Assembly: GCA_964234715.1 (NCBI GenBank)
Contig: OZ174281.1
Reading direction: 5' to 3' (one strand)
Length of the DNA stretch: 64,000 nucleotides
From: Podarcis melisellensis
Lineage: Eukaryota
The notes under the pieces were generated by a model. That model had not been told where the DNA came from, made no database searches, and worked only from the letters and a program-made list of their open reading frames with translations. Of the stretch, positions 48,583 to 61,133 are shown piece after piece; the stretch's first letter is position 1, and each line of letters opens with the position of its first letter. A program made the position numbers and the translations under genes.

Positions 48583-51003
48583 CATGTTTGTATTATCCAT
48601 CTCAGAATTAAAATGGTTTTCTCTGCTGCCTGTAGAAGGTGGAGCAGTTTTGTCATCACAGATAACATTGTCTGCAATCTGAACGTTAGGTGTCAGGAAT
48701 GCAAACTCATTTTTCCTGGTCTCTGAGGATAGACAGAGCTGGTAGGTGTAGGGTAAAGTCCCTTCTTCAAAATTCGGTGGGAATACGGTAGCAGCCTTTG
48801 AAAAAGAAGCAGGACCAAAGCACTGAAGGAAGTGAGGACTGCTTGATGTGCGAAGCTTCGTAACAACTGCCAGAATCACCGTAAGGAGAAATAAGAATGA
48901 AATCATAGCTAAAGTCAATACTAAATAAAACTGTAGGTCAGATTGATTATGTGAATCAATACTTTCACTGCTCACTTCTGGGAGCGCTTCTTGGAAGTTC
49001 TCAGCAAACACCAGGTTGAGACTCACGGTAGCGGATAGTGGTGGCTGCCCATTATCCTTGACTAAGATGATGAGCTTCTGCTTCACAGCATCTCTTTCCA
49101 GAAAAGCCCGTGAGGTCCTGATCTCCCCAGTGTGAGGCCCAATTCTGAACAATGCTGGCTCTGTAGCCTGAAGCAGGTGGTAAGAGAGCCAGGCGTTATG
49201 TGCAGAATCAGCATCTACTGCCACTACCTTGGTCACCAGATAATCTTCTTCTGCTGAGCGAGGCACCATCTCAAACAAGGATGAACCCTTGACTTCCTGT
49301 GAAGGGTAGAGGATTTGAGGATTGTTATCATTCTGATCCACAATGAACACTTTCACTGTGGTGTTTCTGCTGAGTGGTGGGGAGCCACCATCTTGTGCTT
49401 TCACTTGGAACTGAAACTCCCTGATTTGCTCATAGTCAAAGGAGCGTTGGGCATAGATCATGCCATTTTCTGAGTTAATGGAGATATAAGAGGACAGAGG
49501 CAGGTTCTCCATATCACTATTGAGCAGAGAATAAGTGATTTGCGAGTTGTACTCTAGATCTGCATCTGTAGCCTTTACACGGAAAATGGAAGTTCCAGCT
49601 GGATTGTTCTCTGACAAATAGGTGACATAGGAAGATTTTTCAAAAGCTGGGGGGTTATCATTGATATCTGAAATCTGCAGGGAGATGGTTCTGTGGGTGG
49701 AAAGAGGTGGTGCACCTTTGTCTGTGGCTATAATTGTGATATTGTATTCTGGAGTGCTTTCTCTGTCCAAGGGACCATCTGTAACCAATTTATAGAAGTT
49801 ATTGGATGTAGCAATTATTCTAAATTGCCACTGACTTTGTAAATGACAAGTAATGTTCCCATTGTCTCCAGAATCTTTATCGTTTACATTGATAAGGGCT
49901 ACCAGGGTTCCTACTGCAGAATCTTCAGGAATTGGGCTGGATAAGGAAGCCAGGATCACTTCTGGTGCATTGTCATTCTCATCTAATAGCTTTATTTCAA
50001 CACTGCAATGAGTCACTAATCCACCTCCGTCTCTTGCTTCTACTGTCATTGCATATTTCTCTGCTTCTTCGTAGTCCAACGACTCCTTAACTGTAATTGT
50101 CCCATTTTGGGGATTTAGGAAGAATTTTTTGTGAGTGTTTTCAGGGATGTTGCTAAAACTATACGTGATATGACCATTTGAGCCTTCATCTCTATCTGTG
50201 GCTTTCACTTGTATTACTGAAGATCCTTTTGGGGTATTCTCTTTAAGACAGACCTTGTACACCTCTTGTGTGAAGATTGGTGAATTATCATTTACATCAA
50301 TGACACTGATCCATATTTTGGCTGTACCAGTTTTGGCAGGCTTCCCTCCATCAAGAGCCATAAGAATTAAATGGAAACTACTTTCACTTTCTCGATCCAA
50401 CTGTTTATTCAGTACTAATTCTGCATATTTCTTCCCATCTTCTCTCTCTCTAGCTTCTACTATGAAATACTGATTGGGCATAAGGTGGTAATTCTGGAGA
50501 GAATTTATTCCAACATCTGGATCTTCAGCAAATCCAAGCACAAATCGGGCTCCTGGCAAAGTGAGTTCACTTGTCTCCAGTTTGATATTCTCATTCACAA
50601 AATGTGGTGCATTATCATTGATATCCTGGATCTGTACAGTAACATGAAAAATATTCATAGGATTTTCAACCATCACTTCAAAACTAATGAGGCAAAATGC
50701 ATTGCTTCCACATATTCCTTCTCTGTCTATCCTGTCATTTACATATAGATTCCCATTTTCTGCACTGAGAGAGAAATATTGCTTTTTACCTAGGGAAAGG
50801 ATATGCAGATTGCGATTTGCTATTTCTCCAGCATTCAGCTCCAAATCTTTGGCAAGATTTCCTACAATGGAGCCTTTTTCCATTTCCTCAGCGATAGAAT
50901 ACTGAACGTGCGCTGAGGCAGTCTGGCACAACAAGGACAATAACAAGAGGAGTGGTACTTGCCTTTTTACCGACCCATTTTTCTCTTTGTGCCTGTTGTC
51001 CAT
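48583..51003 (-). CDS. PCDHGB: Protocadherin gamma-B-type variable exon V9 (family C, MDNRHK...), 807 codons
   Basis: ATG at 51003 gives the same 2421-bp length as paralogs; an upstream in-frame ATG at 51042 is possible. Donor ATG|GTGAGT at 48583/48582. Confidence 0.9.
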
Positions 51004-51280
51004 CTGATTTGGTGAGACAATTGCTTTATTCTTTTCTTGCATATTTTCATTAGATGGAGATTCTCAAGTTCCCATCAGGTCCCACAAATCCACAATAAGG
51101 AAGTATAAAAGCAGTCACTGTCTCTTTCTATATGTTGCAGTGTGTTTTATTTCCTCAGCAAAAGTGTTTTAATGTCCCTGTGTTCTACTATCTCCCAGTT
51201 CTGCAGTCTATGGCTGAACAACGGCACTGCAGGAAGCATCGCTTAGCAGATTCCATGCAGCACCATGAGATGCAGCACAT

Positions 51281-51321
51281 TAGCCAACAGCGACACTCTG
51301 AGTCTGAGATGGAGAACTTCA
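51281..51321 (-). promoter_or_regulatory. V9 promoter CSE / CTCF site, intact CGCT box
   Basis: TGAAG-N13-ACTCAGAGTGTCGCTGTTGGCTA. Confidence 0.85.
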
Positions 51322-52403
51322 TGTGCTGCTTTTCCCCCCCCCCCCCTTCCTCTAGTGCTTAGATGGAGAATACAAGAGCAATCTATTTTCAAATGCAGTA
51401 TGAGAAGGTTTTCTTGCTTTGTAACTATTTTCTGGTGTTTTGCTTTTACAGTAGCATGAAATGGAAATATATTTCAAGTGCTTGAGAGATGCAACAACCT
51501 CCCCTATCCCTCAAATTTTCCATCTTCCCTCTGTACTTCCACAGATAACTGAGATTGTTAGCACTCAACAACATTTTGTAGCCAATTAATGCAACTTCTA
51601 TGTCCAGCTCTCCTCTGTAAAACAATACATTTAATAAAATTCAGCGATATTACTATTTTTAATGAAAAGGTGAGCAACTAACAGAGCAATCTTATGGAGG
51701 TTGGACAGGCAGCATGGATGGCAGAGATAATTGTAGCAGAGGAACCAAATGATGAATAGGGCACAAGATAGGAGGTGGCTTTTTTTACTTTCCCCATTTT
51801 CTTTCTTGTAGAAAAAAATAAATTGGTTCCACAGGGAAGGAAAATAACTCCAGGGCTGGTGTAGTTTCCCCCCTATTCCATCCTTGAGTAGGTCTGGGAA
51901 ACAAGGGAATCTAAAGCCTCCCTAGAGCACCCCTTCTTCCACCCATAGAGCACTGCCTGCAATACAGCCATGGCAACGGAGTGTTCTGTCACTGGTCAAG
52001 GAATGAACTCTCCAGTGGAGCTTCCTCTCTGCTGTTAGATAACCTCCTCTGCTCAAAGGCAAAGGTCTGCAGAATCCCAGGTCCCCTGGGACCACTTACA
52101 ACAGAGGACTAAAAAAGTCCTTGCTACTTACTCCAAACTCTTCTCTAAACGCTTGCACAAACACTTGTAAAAACGCACGGGTGGTTATTTTTCTAATTCA
52201 TTTTATGCATGCCACTTACAGGGTACAAAAAACAGTGAGAGGAATAAAACAGAGACCTTTAAAAATAGTTAACTTTGTCATCATTTGTCACTAAAATGCT
52301 GGCCTGGGTTTAAGGTGAATACATAATGGCATGAATGAGTGCTAAATAACAGTTTGGCCAAAGTTTGAACTGTTTGTCAATGTATCCTCAAATACTGTTG
52401 TGA

Positions 52404-52550
52404 CATAGAATGGTAGAGTTGGAAGGGACTCTGAGGATCATCTAGTCCAGTCCCCTGCAATGCAGGAATATGCAGCTGTCCCATACAGGAATAGAACCTA
52501 CAGCCTTAGCATTATCAGCATCATACTCTAACCAACTGAGCTATCCAGGC
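52404..52550 (-). mobile_element. tRNA-derived SINE with CR1-type 3' tail
   Basis: GGATAGCTCAGTTGGTTAGAG A-box head, then GGACTAGATGATCCTCAGAGTCCCTTCCAACTCTACCATTCTATG tail. Confidence 0.75.
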
Positions 52551-53659
52551 TGACAATACTGCAGTACTATTAACATTTATATTCTAGCTGCACAGTTCTA
52601 GGATCATAGCTGAAATAGTTATGCATCTTCATTTAAAAGACTGAAAGCAGCAGAAAGACCTCAGCACCAGATCATAACCATTGCCACCTGATTCATGGGA
52701 GTGAGTGTGCCATGAGAATTGGACTCTAGTTGGATTCACAGTCTGAAACCTCTACATATACAAAACTTGTTTTTGTATGAGCTTTGGAGACCCACCTTGC
52801 CCGCCCATCTCATTCATCAGTCACTCTATCCTTGCAGGTTGCTCTTCTTGGCTCAGGCAAACTGACTGTTGGTAAGCATCCCGAGTGTCTGTGCCAGATG
52901 GTGTTTGCAGTGTTGAATACTCTAGAAAATACACCCCTTTAACAACACCATGCATCTTGACACTTGACATGCCCATAGTGCTGTCCTCATACAGATGTGG
53001 TCCCCAGATACAGGATAATATTGCTCCTGGCATCCATACCTGGAGCCCAGGGCCTGTAAAGATCCATGGATGCCTCTATGTCCTACCTTCAGTTTGAACA
53101 AACAGAGAGCTGGATCACTCCAGAAATGAACAGCTCAGTACAATGTTGAAACTTACATATGTGTGATCACAGAAATGTGAATATAAATGATAAAATTATA
53201 TGAATATACAAGATGACGGATACAGAATTTTGTTATTATTCTTATTTTAGGGCACGTATTTTCCACGTTCCAGAAACTACGCATGGATACATATTCGTGG
53301 ATTCAAAAGTTTGATAGAGTAACATGGTAATTAAGCACATGTAAAAATCTGTTTATTACCATTCATCCTTAATCATTCCATTCCCCACCCCTTGTGCACA
53401 TCAGACGACTTGCTACTTGGAGGAAGAGATTTGTCTATTTCTTGCTTATTTATCTACTTGATTTATACACTACTCTTCAAGCCACAGGTTTACAATCAGA
53501 TCAAATAAAATACAATCAATATATAAAATCCATAGACTAGCACAAATTGTTAAATGGAAAACACAGCAACTCATAACTATTCAACTAAGTAGCAATTTCC
53601 TAATAGCAACAGCAACAGCAAACTAAACACTTTTTTCTAATCAAGTCTCTTTCTCCAAA

Positions 53660-53890
53660 CATCACCTGAAAAAAGTTTGCCTTAACTAGCCACCTAAAAT
53701 TATATAGATATGGGACTAGATGCACATTAGAAGGGAGGGAGTTTCACATGTGAGGAGCCACCACTGACACTGCCCTCCCCTGGGCCCTGCACCATCCTGT
53801 TTAGAGACCACCAAGAGGGCCTCATCTGCTAAAGCATGGGCAGACTGATATGGAAGAAAGTGGTTTCGCAGATACTGGGCACCTCTGTAG
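53660..53890 (-). mobile_element. L2-like LINE 3' fragment
   Basis: Degenerate translation resembles the L2 ORF2 C-terminus (QYLRNHFLPYQSAHAL..EALLVV..RAVSVVAPH..NSLP..FRWLVK). Confidence 0.65.
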
Positions 53891-55363
53891 AGTACCATGT
53901 ACCCTGATGGTGTATCAACAACAATTCTATGCAGATCACATGCTTCGTCAAAGCACTCTCATCTATGCATTGGTCTCCAGGTGGCATCACATGATAAAGG
54001 AAGCAGCAAGAGAGGAACTGCGATTTATTTCACCCTTCATTTGTCCTTTCTAGTCTAATGCACCAAGGGAGGGACGTATGAATGTCTTCTGAATGCATGA
54101 GCTCTAAAGGCATCTGATTCTGAAACATATCCAACTAACCACGAAACTTAAGAATGTTTGCAAATTGTTCGCAAATAGTATAACACAAGACATCACCAAC
54201 GAGTGCTGTAGGACATCTGCAAAAAGTCTCTAAGCATAAAAATATTGATAAGCAAAAGGTTTACAGCCTAAGGGAGTTTGGAGCATGCATCTGAGAAAGC
54301 ATGCATTGTAGCTTTCTTTGACTAGAAGGGAATATTAACATGTTGAATTGTATTGCAACCTGGACTGTTCCATTTTAACATCTATAGTTAGAACATTTGT
54401 TCAAAGGCCATTTTATGCGTCCATAGTTTTAACATCACTAACAGCATGATCCAAATGAATGTTTACCTGGAGCTTACCCGAGGTACTTACTCCTTGGAGA
54501 GTATGTACAGAATTGGAGCCTTTGGGTGCTTCCAGATGGAGGTTTAATATTACAAATGGTTCACTGAGATATCGCAAATGGGTCACTGACAACATTTTTA
54601 AAAAAATAATTGGATTGTCTGTGGCAACAGTTAAATGTGGCCTGGTGCTGGGACTGTTGGCTATACCCTCACCACTGTATAGCCAGCAAGGTTACCAACA
54701 GCCTTATTATTGGGATTCTCAACAGTCTACTGAGAAAAGCAGTTGGTAACCTTTACCAGAGCGAGGGAGGAACACAAAACAGCAAGCAGACTCAACAAAG
54801 TGGGAGAGAAGTAATATGAGGACTGTGAGTGACACAACATCAAAGTTCTGGAAAGCAGTGAGGATGGAGAGAGAGGAAGTAGAGGAGGGTTAATATGCAA
54901 ATAGGCTGAAAGGGGGAACCAACACTATTTAAGCTTGAGGGTTTTAGAAAGGAGAAGAGTTATCAACCTGAAAATCACTGATTACCTCTTTAAGGGGAAA
55001 AATGCAACACATGAGTTTTTCTCTTATTAAAAAGAACTTGCCAAACTACAGAATTTCATAACTACTTGAGACACATTGCACTTTACTAACAAAAAAGGTG
55101 AAGGCTAGTGAAAAGTTGAAAGCCACAAAGTAAGTGGTAAGTTATCATGATATAAAAGAGACATAACAGTGTTAGGTGTGCCTATTTTTCAGGAAAGTGT
55201 TCATAATTGCTGACAGATGAGACTTGAGTCACAGATATGTCAGACTGAAATCTTAGTATGTGACTGTAAAAAGGCCCACTTAAGTCAGAGGCGCCCATAT
55301 ATGCATAAATATGCACAATACAATAAAAATGTTTATGAGATGCGCAATGAAAATAATTTTTAC

Positions 55364-57784
55364 CTTCTCAATATTCTCCATCTCAGGATGTAAATTGTTT
55401 CCTTCATTGCCTGTAAAAGGAACACTAGTTTTCTCACTGCTAACAATATTGTCTACCATCTGAACACTGGGTGTCAGGAAGGCAAACTCATTCTTCCTGG
55501 TCTCAGAAGACAGACACAGCTGGTAGGAATAGGGCAAGGTCCCATCTTCAAAGTTGGGTGGGAAGATGGCACCATTCTTGGAATGGGGAACAGGACCAAA
55601 GCACTGTAGGAACCTGGGATGCCCTGATTGACGGAGCTTCATTGTAACGGCCAGAATCACAGTCAAGAGGAACAAGAAGGAGATCACAGCTAAGGCCAGC
55701 ACCAAGTAGAACTGCAGGTCAGACTGATACTCTGAGCTGCTGGGTTGGCTCTTCATTTCCGGAAGGGCCTCCTGAAAGTTCTCAGCAAACACCAGGTTCA
55801 GAGTCATGGTGGCTGAGAGAGACGGCTGCCCGTTATCCTTCACCATAATGACCAGTCTCTGTTTCACAGCGTCTCTCTCCACAAAGGCCCTGGCTGTCCT
55901 GATCTCTCCAGTATGAGAACCAACCGTGAAGAGTGCCGGCTCAGTGGCCTGAGTCAGGTGGTAGGAGAGCCAGGCGTTGTGTCCAGAATCTGCATCCACG
56001 GCCACCACCTTGGTGACAAGATAATCTGCCTCGGCCGAACGAGGCACCATCTCAAACAAGGCTGAGCCCTTGGCTTCTTGTGAGGGGGACAGGATACGAG
56101 GGCTGTTATCATTCCTGTCAAGAACAAACACCCTGACGCTCACATTGCTGCTGAGAGGGGGAGAACCCCCATCTTGGGCCTTCACTTGCACCCGAAACTC
56201 TCTGAATTGTTCATAGTCAAAGGATCTCTGGGCATAGATGGTGCCGGTCTCAGAATTAATGGAGATATAGGAGGAGATGGGAAGCTCCTCAATGTTGCTG
56301 TTGAGGATGGAGTATGTGATCCATGAGTTCTGGTCCATGTCGGGATCAGAGGCTTTGATGGTGAAAATGGAGGCACCTGAAGGATTGTTTTCTGGCACGT
56401 AGATAGCATACAAAGATTTCTCAAAGGAAGGGGCATTATCATTGATATCGGATATCTGTAGTAAGATGACTTTATGGGTGTTCAGCGGGGGAGTTCCATT
56501 GTCAGTGGCTGTGATTGTAATATTATATGCAGGAGTTTTTTCTCTGTCCAAAGGGCTGTCTGTCTGGAGTTTGAAGTAATTGTTAGACGAGGGAACAATC
56601 TTGAAGGGCTGATTGTTTTTCAAATAACAACTAACCTTTCCATTCTCACCAGTGTCTTTGTCTTTTACATTGATCAGAGCAATTAAGGTTCCAGACACAG
56701 AATCTTCTGGGACTGGACTAAATAAGGAAACCAGAGTTACCTCTGGGAAATTGTCATTCTCATCAATAATCTGTATTTCTACTTTACAATGTGTTACTAA
56801 TCCACCTCCATCTTTTGCCGCAACTGTCATAGTATATTCTCTGGTTTCCTCAAAGTCTAATGGGCTCATAAGAGTGATTGTGCCATTACTAGAATGCAAG
56901 TTGAATTTCCCCTGAGCACTTTTTTGGATGTTGCTGAAATGGTAACTGATTTTGGCATTTGTACCTTCATCTTTATCAGAGGCTAAAATCTGGAGCACAA
57001 GGGAGCCAACAGGAGCATTTTCCTTCAGATTGACCTTGTAAACCTCTTGGGTGAAGATAGGTGGGTTGTCATTGGCATCTGTAACATTAATCCATATCTG
57101 GGCAGTCCCAGTCTTCCTAGGTTCACCACCATCCAAGGCTGTGAGGATCAAGTGAATGGTCTGTTCACTTTCCCGATCTAGTGGTTTCTGAAGCACCAAG
57201 TCTGCAAATTTATTTCCATCCTGACTCTCTTTAACATCAAGGCTGAAATATGGATTGGGGCTGAGATGGTAATTCTGAAGAGAATTTGTCCCAATGTCAG
57301 GATCTTCAGCTTCTCCGAGGAGAAATCGTGTTCCTGGTACAGTGAACTCACTTGTCTCCAAGTTGATTTTTCCATTGAAAAACTGTGGTGCATTATCATT
57401 AATGTCCTGGATTGCTATAGTTATGTGGAAAATATTCAAGGGGCTTTCAATTACCATCTCAAAATTAATAAAGCAAAGGGGATTTTTGCCACATATTCCC
57501 TCCCGGTCTATCCTGTCATTTACATAGAGGTTTCCATTCTCTGCATTCATAGTGAAATATTTCATTTCATCCACTGAGACAGCATGCATGTTGCGTTTCC
57601 CTAGTTCTTTGGCATTCAGTCCCAAATCCTTGGCAATATTCCCCACAACTGAACCCTTAGCCATTTCCTCAGGAACTGAATAATGAATCTGCTCTGAAGC
57701 AGCCCAGCAGGAGGGCAAGAATATTAAGAGAAGCTGTACTTGCCTTGTGAGTGCCCTGCCATTCTTCTTGTGTCTTCTCTCCAT
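55364..57784 (-). CDS. PCDHGB: Protocadherin gamma-B-type variable exon V10 (MERRHK...; family-A C-terminal half), 807 codons
   Basis: Six EC repeats and TM. Donor AAG|GTAAAA (weak) at 55364/55363, at the position homologous to the other donors. Confidence 0.91.
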
Positions 57785-58028
57785 TTGGCTCTGTGAAAAA
57801 TCAGCTGTTTCCTTTTTTTAAGAACCAGATCAAATTTTCACCAGTATGCACTAAGTCTCCATAAAAAAGAATAAACTGTCTTTCTCGTTAATTTGTAAAA
57901 ATCATTTTTGTATTTTCTTTATGTCAGCAGCAATGCTTTCTCTCTGTTCCCTGATCTGCACAGCACTAAAGAAGTAAGCTCACTGTAGAAAGGATCAGTG
58001 GATTTCCATCACTGTATGGCTACTAGAT

Positions 58029-58069
58029 TGGCCAACAGCGGCACTGTGAGGTTCTGCAGGAGAACTGCA
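58029..58069 (-). promoter_or_regulatory. V10 promoter CSE / CTCF site, intact CGCT box
   Basis: TGCAG-N13-CCTCACAGTGCCGCTGTTGGCCA. Confidence 0.85.
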
Positions 58070-58706
58070 AGGGATGTATTCAACCTTTCAATTTAAGAGA
58101 CAATGCAACGTGCATGTAACGTAATTATAGTTTTATACAGTAGGGAAAACATGCAACTGGAAGTTTACACAGGAGCTATTTCTATTGAATTTTGACTTCA
58201 GCTGAATATTTGGGAATCTTTGTTTTGGTTTTGGAATCAATAACACTTCAAACCTTTCCATTTGCCTGGGTAAATGGCTTGCAATGTAACAAAGGATTCT
58301 TTTCTTGGAATCTTGGAAATAATATTATCAAAGTTACAATCCTGAGTGCCAGAATCTCAACAGTCTCAACATTGTCATCTCGGGTTATATATATATTTTT
58401 AATCTCCTGTTTCCACTTTAAAAAAAAATATCTTGGGGAGTTTACTATATTTCAATGATAATGTCGAAACAATAAAAACAATTTCCGCCCAACCACAGAT
58501 CAACCACAGATCTCTTGCAGAACTTTCCCACTCCTTCCTTAGGAAAAAGGCTTGATGAGCGAGGGAGAAGAATTCTCCAAAGGGACTCCAAAGATGTCTC
58601 ATCCCAGCCAATGAAGGGAATCCCTGTGCAGCTGGCAGCACTTGTGCTCTCCCACTCTTTCTGAAAATATTAAAGGCATGATTGGTCCCTGCTGGGCCTA
58701 TGTAGG

Positions 58707-58752
<46 letters not shown>
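58707..58752. repeat. (ATT)n microsatellite
   Basis: Seen directly. Confidence 0.95.
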
Positions 58753-58755
<3 letters not shown>

Positions 58756-59535
58756 CCAAGGCTTTCTGGTAGGGCACTTTTTATCTACTGCCAAGTTGGG
58801 AGTGGCAAGTTAACAATCTGGCCTGATCAAGGTACTTAGGTCCTTGTCAAGGTACTTAGGTCCTAACTAGGTGGTAGAACAGGCAGGATCAGGGCAGAGT
58901 GCAAAGAGTAGGCTGGGGAACACACTGAGAAATCAAGTTAGTGAAAAGATGTTTCCCCAAATCATTCATTGAAGGGTCACTGATTAAAGGAGATCTGGGA
59001 CTGAGAGTATTTTGAGGCCTGGTTGCATGTGTGAGCCTGCTAACTGGCCTGGAGGTGGGTGACACTAGCAACAAAATAATAATATATAAGGGCAGTAAAA
59101 AGCCAAGAACACATATTATACTCTTGCTCTTCAGGTCAAAGGGAGGCAGCAGGAGATGGTAAAAGTCTCATCTAAGTGGAAGAGAACTTCTCACTGGAGG
59201 TGCAGAAGGTAAGACAACTAAATAGGGACAGAAGACACAGATCAGTCGCTAACAATGTTGTGGCTTTAGTTTATCACATTTATGTGTCTTGCACCTTTAT
59301 TCTGGGATCCACAGTTCAAAGAGAGGAGCCACTGCAAAAAGTATAAGACTCAAACTAATTTCAGGAAGAAATGAAGCCATTGCTTAGAAAAGAGAATTAT
59401 TATACTGTTTTACCGCATTGAAGGTTTTTGGTTTCTTTCAGTTTCTGTAATCTATAGTCAAGATTTTATATGACAAACTTCCATGTATTCATCTATTTTG
59501 TTCACTTTCATTTTGTTCATTTGTAATGTGTGGAT

Positions 59536-59882
59536 GGACGCGGGTGGCGCTGTGGGTTAAACCACAGAGCCTAGGGCTTGCTGATCAGAAGGTCGGCGGT
59601 TCGAATCCCCACGACGGGGTGAGCTCCCATTGTTCAGTCCCTGCTCCTGCCAACCTAGCAGTTTGAAAGCACGTCAAAGTGCAAGTAGATAAATACCTTC
59701 CTCCAGCGGGAAGGTAAATGGCGTTTCTGTGCACTGCTCTGGTTCACCAGAAGCGGCTTAGTCATGCTGGCCACATGACCCAGAAGCTGTATGCCGCCTC
59801 CCTCGGCCAATAAAGCGAGATCAGCGCCGCAACCCCAGAGTTGGCCACGACTGGACCTAACGGTCAGGGGTCCCTTTACCTT
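59536..59882 (+). mobile_element. Full-length Sauria SINE (POM-type)
   Basis: GGACGCGGGTGGCGCTGTGGGTTAAACC...GGTTCGAATCCCC...CCCTTTACCTT, with 12-bp TSD TAATGTGTGGAT. Confidence 0.92.
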
Positions 59883-60820
59883 TAATGTGTGGATACTGCA
59901 TATAGGATGTGGACGTTATTGTCTGGTGTCAGGAGCTTTTAAGAACATTATGGACAGGTGAAACGGCAGTGGCTCTGCTTTTGCTATACTGTACTTCGTT
60001 ATCATCATCATCAAAAACAACATTAACAGTATTATTGTTATCTTAATGAACTGATTCATATGATTTCACTGAGGGCTCTTTTTTTTGCATTTTTAGACTT
60101 TTAAATTGCAAGCTGCTTTGAGGGTATAACCATAAATCATAAATAAAATAACCAGGCAGAGGCTTTTCAGAACAGCAAATAGTTTTGCACTATTGTGTTT
60201 TCTCTGGACATGGGATGTATATACCTTTGTGTTGGTAGCCCTACTTTACTTTTACATTTTTCTTAATTTAAATTATTCTTTCCTGTCCTTTCTAAATTGG
60301 TTTTGCCAATGGCCATCCAAATTAAGATACACTAGAATTCATATAGAGGCTGAAGTGTGAGCTGTGAGATTCCTAGTTCTTCAGTTACAAATTTACTAGG
60401 CAGCTTTAGAACTCTGACTTTCAGCATCTGACAAAACTTGGGACCACACTTGACAGGCTTGCTCTTGCAGTTGAAAGGCAGATAAAAATGTTTAAAACTA
60501 AATACATTTCAGACTACAGACTAAGATAATGTATGTGAACATGTTCTAAATACTTGAAGTACTCCCTGGAAATTACTGATACTATGGGAGAAATATATCA
60601 GATGTTTTCTCTTTCATAACATCCAATTAGCGATTTCATTCTAAGGCCCCACATGTTCATAATTTTAAGATTACCAAAGCCCCTTTCATTTTATTTTGCC
60701 CCAAAGAACTACAGGAAAACACCTTGCCCTGATTTCTCCTGGGAAATGTCTCCTCCACTCAACACATTTTCATAAACACACAAAAACAGAAAACACATAG
60801 ATATTCTCCAGTAAAATGAA

Positions 60821-60825
<5 letters not shown>

Positions 60826-60901
<76 letters not shown>
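60826..60901. repeat. (TG)n(TA)n compound microsatellite
   Basis: Seen directly. Confidence 0.95.
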
Positions 60902-60906
<5 letters not shown>

Positions 60907-61133
60907 TCATTAAAAGAACCAATTCCAACAGTTTATGAACCAATCAGACTTGAAAGAATACACAATCAAGTTGAACCAATTAGTTGGTTAAAGGTAGGTT
61001 GAAAAACAATAAATTAAAATATATTAGTTGTATAAAAAAAGATTACGGAATCAGCAACAAAGATTCATAAAAAATTTCCATTCTTTAAGCAGCAAGAATG
61101 TATAATGTAGATACTGCTCAGATTAAAACTCAC

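Noticed and set aside
52470-52550. Possible tRNA gene (also the tRNA-like heads at ~24110-24187 and ~59536-59610)
   Set aside because: These are SINE heads fused to retroposon bodies or tails, not intact cloverleafs.
13541-58865. Short tandem duplications (23 bp at ~13541-13587; 20 bp at ~58827-58865)
   Set aside because: Ordinary two-copy slippage events, with no array or spacer structure.
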